Below, in pieces: positions 58,291 through 64,000 of a DNA stretch of 64,000 nucleotides. Position numbers and translations under genes: made by a program. The notes under the pieces were generated by a model that saw nothing but the letters and a program-made list of their open reading frames with translations, had not been told where the DNA came from and made no database searches. This DNA comes from the human T2T-CHM13v2.0 reference genome, Homo sapiens. The stretch lies in assembly GCF_009914755.1 (NCBI RefSeq), contig NC_060933.1; one strand, given 5' to 3'. How positions within the stretch are numbered: position 1 is the first letter of the stretch; each line of letters opens with the position of its first letter.

Positions 58291-61200
58291 GAGAAGGAGT
58301 GCAGGTAGAAGGACGGAAGGGGTTAGAGAGCTTCAAAAATATTGATATTCTATTTCTTAATCTAGGGTATAGATACAGGTGGGGGTTCACTTTATTATTT
58401 TTATTAAACTATCCATATAGCTTATATACAGTCTTTATATACACCATTAAAACTAAAATGAATTTAAAAGATCAATTAACTATGGTTAACTTATATGCTC
58501 TAAATTTATATTTTGTATCAACTATTAGACATCTGCTGTCTATTATTAAATAGTATACACATATCACCTATGATTTTTGTTTGGGTCAATATTAAGAGAA
58601 TACTAAAAATGCATACAATGATGTTTCTCCTATAAATCCACAAATGTTATAGATGCTTATAAAACTTATTCTAACACCTAACTTACCTCTGTTCACAATA
58701 GAGCTCTCTTGAATTTTTTGATAGTGTTGGAAGTATACGGAATAAATTCACTTCAACTGTGGTTTATTTCCTGAATCCCGAAAAGCAGTGATTTGACATG
58801 CAAGTGCAACACTTCTATCTCTTTCTAATTCAATAGCAAAATTCTGCAATGATTCTGTTCGTTAGAGGGATAGGAGTCTTTCATATATTCAATTTCTGTC
58901 TTCCATGGGGATGTTCACTCTAGTGGTAGCTTTCTGTTCATTCCTCCACTAGTCAAAAAATGAAAATCCAGAACATATTCATTATATGGTTATTTCCTTT
59001 TTATTGTTATTGGCCTGCAACTATAATCCTGCAATTAGGACAATAATGATTACAATACAGTGTAGAAAATTGTATTCTCATTTACTTGACTCTTCTGTTC
59101 CTTATTTCAATTAAGTGCTCAAGTGGCATTGAAACTAGCTTCCCACTAGATTTTACTTTGCTTTACCTCAAATTTCTAAAGAAGTTGTATTTACTTGTGA
59201 AACATGTTTAAATGATTTAGATTTAAGTTATACTTTGTTATTGGCACATCTAGTATCAGCATTACATTTTATTGGCCTCTTCCAGGCCAACACAGACACG
59301 CAGGTACAAACACATACAAACACACACACTACACAAAGATTAGCCTCTGAGACCTGAAAGAAAATTAGAAACCCAACTCAGCCTCCCCCTCCTCCATATC
59401 TCAAAGCAAGTTAATGAGTGGTTTGTACTCCCAAAGCTGAGATCTTGAAAGAGGGATGTGAACAGAAGGCAAGTATATTTCTGTTAACCTTTTCTCAGCA
59501 TAGTACACATTTAAAATTGATCACAGCATTCTTTCTATTTAGCCATGAAAGGAGTATCAAAATATTCTACTGTAGGAGGCCACCACCAGTATATCTCAGT
59601 TAGTACTTGAGATGAGCTTAATGCCTTCTCTGTCCAAGAGGAAAAAATGAAATTTAATTCAACTAAACCATCTAAAGCTCCTTGTCAGAGTAAGGTCACA
59701 TCATCATAGTAGTCATGATGTAAGAAATTCAACTACATGTATATAATAATGGCCTATCATGTGCCCAGGCCATTGGGAGTTAACCAACATAGATCTCCAT
59801 TTAGGAAGGAGATGCAAGGAGAATAATGATTGTGGAAAAACCTATGCTTAAGAAAGTGGAGCAGCTTAAGGAGCTTTCAAGATGCTCCATTGGCCCTTAG
59901 AATGTTATTTAGCAGGCAACGGGTTTGAAAACCTGACTCTTCCCATAGAAGCTTATGTTTAAAGGCCTATGACATGACACACACAAAACCTGTGGTAATC
60001 TTTTTTCGGGGTAGGGGGGTTAATTCTATTTTTCTGTTAATATAACATAAATTTAGTGATTGAGGTGACACATTTATTAAGTAGATTCTATTCTGGCCAG
60101 AAACTATTAGATTTTTATTAGTAAAGAAGAAAAACAGAGAGCCACTGCTTTTGGAAACAGCCTTTGCATAGGCTTCTGGATGTTCTTTCTTACGAATAGC
60201 GTCTTAGTAAAGGCAGACTTAAAAATACAAATAATGTAACAGATATTAAAAACAAGCAAGCACACAAACAAATGAAAAATCCAAACAGTAAACTAAGTTT
60301 TCTCTGTATCTATCTCACCTGTACCTACATTTTCTTAATTTTTACCACCCAAGAGGTTTGAAAGAAATTGTTCAGTTACCTTTAATTTTAAAATATAGTT
60401 TTTAGAATAAAATATTTTAAAGTGCAATATGTATCTTATGGGGGCAGCATTACTTTTGTCACTTCAAAATTTTTAGCCTTTAGTATTTTAATTAGGCAGT
60501 GAATTTGATAAACCTTACTCAACATAAATGTCATGTTCTAGTGGTTTTTATGAGCAAAGTCACCTACTTACCTTTACCTCTAAGAGATACAGTGTATACG
60601 ACCTTGGATTGGAGTGAATTAGAAATTAGAATAAGAAAAGATACCATAATATGTAGTCTGAATCCATTTACAAAATAATTGGAGAGTATACTCCATTAAT
60701 AGACATAAAGAAATGTCTGGTATAAAGTTCACCAAATGCACTGGATATTTATAAATAGGGAGCCTTGGTCTTGGTGATTTATAACATTCTACGTGTTGTT
60801 ACTATGTTGCTTGAATTGTTCATAATTGTCATATATTTATTATAAAAACAGTTAAGGTTATTATTATGAAACAAAATAAAATGTTCATAGAACACAAGTC
60901 TTGAAGTTAAACAATATGGTAAGAATACTGCATATGACATATTTAACTATATACAGAGAGAAAATTAAAAGTAAGAAGAAAAAATTGTTACTGCATTTTG
61001 TTTACCCACTAACATTGAGCTAAAAACAAACCGAGGCACCACTTGAAAGTTAAAAACCCAAATTCAAAGCTGTGCCACAAGCTGTAACTACTTAATCAAA
61101 GATATATCCAAAAAATAATAAATTAGAAAGGACTGACGGGGGATCTGATAGACATCTTCATTTATCTCTCAGGTGTAAGAAAACCTATATATATATTCTC

Positions 61201-62254
61201 CAAAAGAACACTCCAATAAATCAAACCCTCAATAGCATGTAAAGGTTTATAGTTAAGGTAATTGAAGGAAAGAGGTATTTCAAACCATTTATCCAAATTT
61301 TGCTGCAAATTCTCTAAGCATTAGATTATGAATTCTTATAAGTAAATACTGCTCCACACCTGCTCTTACAGAAATTTTCCTTGGGAATGAGTCTGTCAAG
61401 ATTCTTTTTCCAGCCTGAGATTTGGGAGTTAATTTCTATTCATGCTGAAATCACTGGCATTAATTGGGTTTACCCCCTTCTGATTTACCAGCAAAAGAAT
61501 GTAATTTAAATTCTAGGAGGCATGAGAGGCCCATTTGTGTAGAGTTAACTCCTTCAGGGTAAAAAGTTGGGGGGAAAGGTCCCAGTAATTTGGATAGCAA
61601 AGCTTTTGATAAAGGTTTCCTTAAATTGGTTCCGGATTTCCTATTAATCAAATAAATTTTTTAAAAAATTTATTTTTTAAACTTTAATCTTCTAGTTTTT
61701 CCATACATAAAAATCACTAGTAATATCAAATCTCTTTTTAACTAGTAAGAACTTAATATCCTTACCACATTGTTTAAATATGTTGCTAAATTGACTTTAA
61801 AAATTATATTTCACTACCCTTGTTTTACTATTTTGTGGCTGTTAGCCACACAGAAGTAACAAAATAATGAACAAAGCCAGAAAGATTCATTTCATAAATA
61901 CAAAAATGAATAACTTGAATGTAGCAAAAGAGCTACATTGTTATATACAATCTGGATAGGAGTATGATCTATGATTTCTATAATTTAATAAAATGAAGAA
62001 ATTAAAAATATAAAAATCAAAATTATAACAAGAAGGTTTACACACACAGAATAACTGGTTGGAAAATAATTTTACATATTTTATACCTATTAACGTGTTT
62101 ATCTTAAATAGTATCTCAATTTACATAAAAAGACTAGCATTAAAATTTTTTTTAGTATCACTTTTAAGGTCATTTTCATTTATAAATGTAGTGAATAATA
62201 AATTGCAGTATAACACAAAAGAATATTAACATAATCTGTTTTTAAAATGATGAA

Positions 62255-62500
62255 AAATTACTAATATTTATACTTACTATGTTGCAGGCACTATTATTAG
62301 TCTTACTTATGTTAATTATACGAGCTTTCACTGCAACCCTAGAAACTATTTGGTGAAATTATGCCCATTTCATAGATTCAGAAACTGAGAACCAAATACT
62401 TTAAACTACTCACGTAACTTTACATAGTAGTTGGTGGAACCAAAAAGAATACCCAGGCAAGTATATCTCTAGAGTCCAGTTCTTTTCCATTGTGCTATAC
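62255..62500 (-). mobile_element. MIR
   Basis: cttactatgttgcaggcact...cccattttcatagattcagaaactgaga...cccaggcaag...ctagagtcc. Confidence 0.75.
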
Positions 62501-63292
62501 TCATGAAAGTTAAATGGTGAAAACATTTTGCATCAAATGATTAATAAATCACAAGCTGTCATTACAAATTTAAAAAGTTAATTGACAGCTGTCCTGTTAC
62601 AATTATTTTTAAATTTATATTAAAATAATACATCTTGCACCTGCCTAAGAGACATAAAATATCCTAAAACTTCATAGGAGCAAGAATGGTGCATTGTAAA
62701 AAGTATACGTTTTTATATTATTATAAGATATATATTGCATATGCTATCATTCATAATATCTATTATATGTGTTTGTATATATGCACATGCTATTATCTGA
62801 TATGAGTTTTCCTTTTGCTAAACTTATAAATTTTATAAATGGCATTAAATTTATGCAATTTTGAAGTATGAGACTCAGGCTTGGGAAATAGAAGAGAAGA
62901 GAGAAAGCTAAAGGGCACAAGGAAGAAATGGACAAAAAATAAATAAATAAAACAAAGAAATAAATATATTAAGAAATAAAAACGAAATGGTACACAGAAG
63001 GTCACTGTGAACAGCAGGAAGAATCCCCCGAGGAAGAAAAGTTTTACTAGTGGTTTGAGATGCTGTTTTCTTTTCCTCCATACAGTTTCAAGCCTATGTT
63101 ATCAGAGAGTCCATGCTCACTGGGAAAAGAAGTTGGTGAAATATTTCCCTATCAATGTCTTCCTATAAAAACATAAACATGGAAGGTTGAAAAGTATTTT
63201 CCCTTTGTTATTGTCTCCAGTCGTTGGTGTGCAGAAATAAATTACAGAATTTGGGTACTGAACGGGAGCTCAGATACAAACATATTCATGCT

Positions 63293-63337
63293 CACGTGCG
63301 CGTGCACACACACATATACGCAAACACAGACACACAC
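63293..63337. repeat. Degenerate (CA/CG)n repeat
   Basis: cacgtgcgcgtgcacacacacatatacgcaaacacagacacacac. Confidence 0.7.
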
Positions 63338-64000
63338 CTCTGCATACTCGATATCATTTTTATATGATATGGAAAAAATTAGACTAAAAATCTAAAAAAC
63401 ATGGATTCTAGAACTATCCTTTTTCCTAAGGCATTTTTTAAGCTTCCAACTTTCATTTGTATTGTCAATAAAAATGTATATATTGAACACAACAGTTTTT
63501 AAGGTTCTCTGCAGTTGTGAAATAGTAATATAAAATTTATTATTTATCCGCTATTCCTTAGAGTCCCTGAGCCAATAGGAATGCATTTATTTTTATGAAT
63601 ACATTAAAAATAATACTACATACAATGTCTTTATATTAGAGTTGAGGGATTTCTCCCTTCTGGTGTGTATAAATAGATGTATTTTTAAGAAGCATTAAGT
63701 ACATCCACAATTTTTTACCAATGTTGTTTCTCACTTTTACAAAGCAATGTATAGCAACTAAATTATTAAACTAGTGTTCATGGCTAAAAAACTGTTTTTT
63801 TGTTCCATTTCACTTCTTACCTGCTATATCATTATAATACAAGCACTTGTGAAAGCAAACATTGAGTAATAGACCATAAATGCTTTGTATTATCTTGATC
63901 TAAAAATGGTATTTTTACAATTATTAAACTTGAAACAAATCTTATAACAAACACAATTAGATAGGCTAACAACATTGCTCTTCAACAGAACAAACTTGTT

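Larger units (their letters stand above)
57150..58460 (+). mobile_element. Decayed L1M/L1ME fragments with hAT insertions
   Basis: ctgaatgaatgggttaaacaatatattagaca (ORF1-like); gagaatgttcaaaatagtgttatttgtaac...ctggaaacaatccagttgtctgtc (3' region). Confidence 0.65.

Overview
This is primate (human-like) nuclear DNA. It is very AT-rich and CpG-poor outside young Alus, consistent with a gene desert or a large intron. I found no convincing protein-coding gene, RNA gene or CRISPR array. The ORF track is explained by Alu, L1, microsatellite or chance frames. The window is a layered archive of transposable elements: 12 Alus (S and Y families), a rearranged near-full-length L1MA, old L1M/L1ME/L1PB pieces, L2, MIR, L3/CR1, MaLR LTRs (THE1, MST, MLT1), an LTR47-like element, and hAT elements (MER20, MER96B). 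Subfamily names come from my memory of consensus sequences and need RepeatMasker/Dfam confirmation. The most notable structure is a ~420 bp micro-inversion (37188-37605) bounded by 7-bp inverted repeats; flipping it back restores a nested MIR > MLT1 > Alu. Other points of interest are a 47-bp near-identical local copy of an LTR segment, two different Alus sharing a triplicated target site, a 61-bp x3 VNTR, AT-rich hairpins, and several weak splice-site-bounded candidate exons. I did not find evidence for a new multi-gene biological system.
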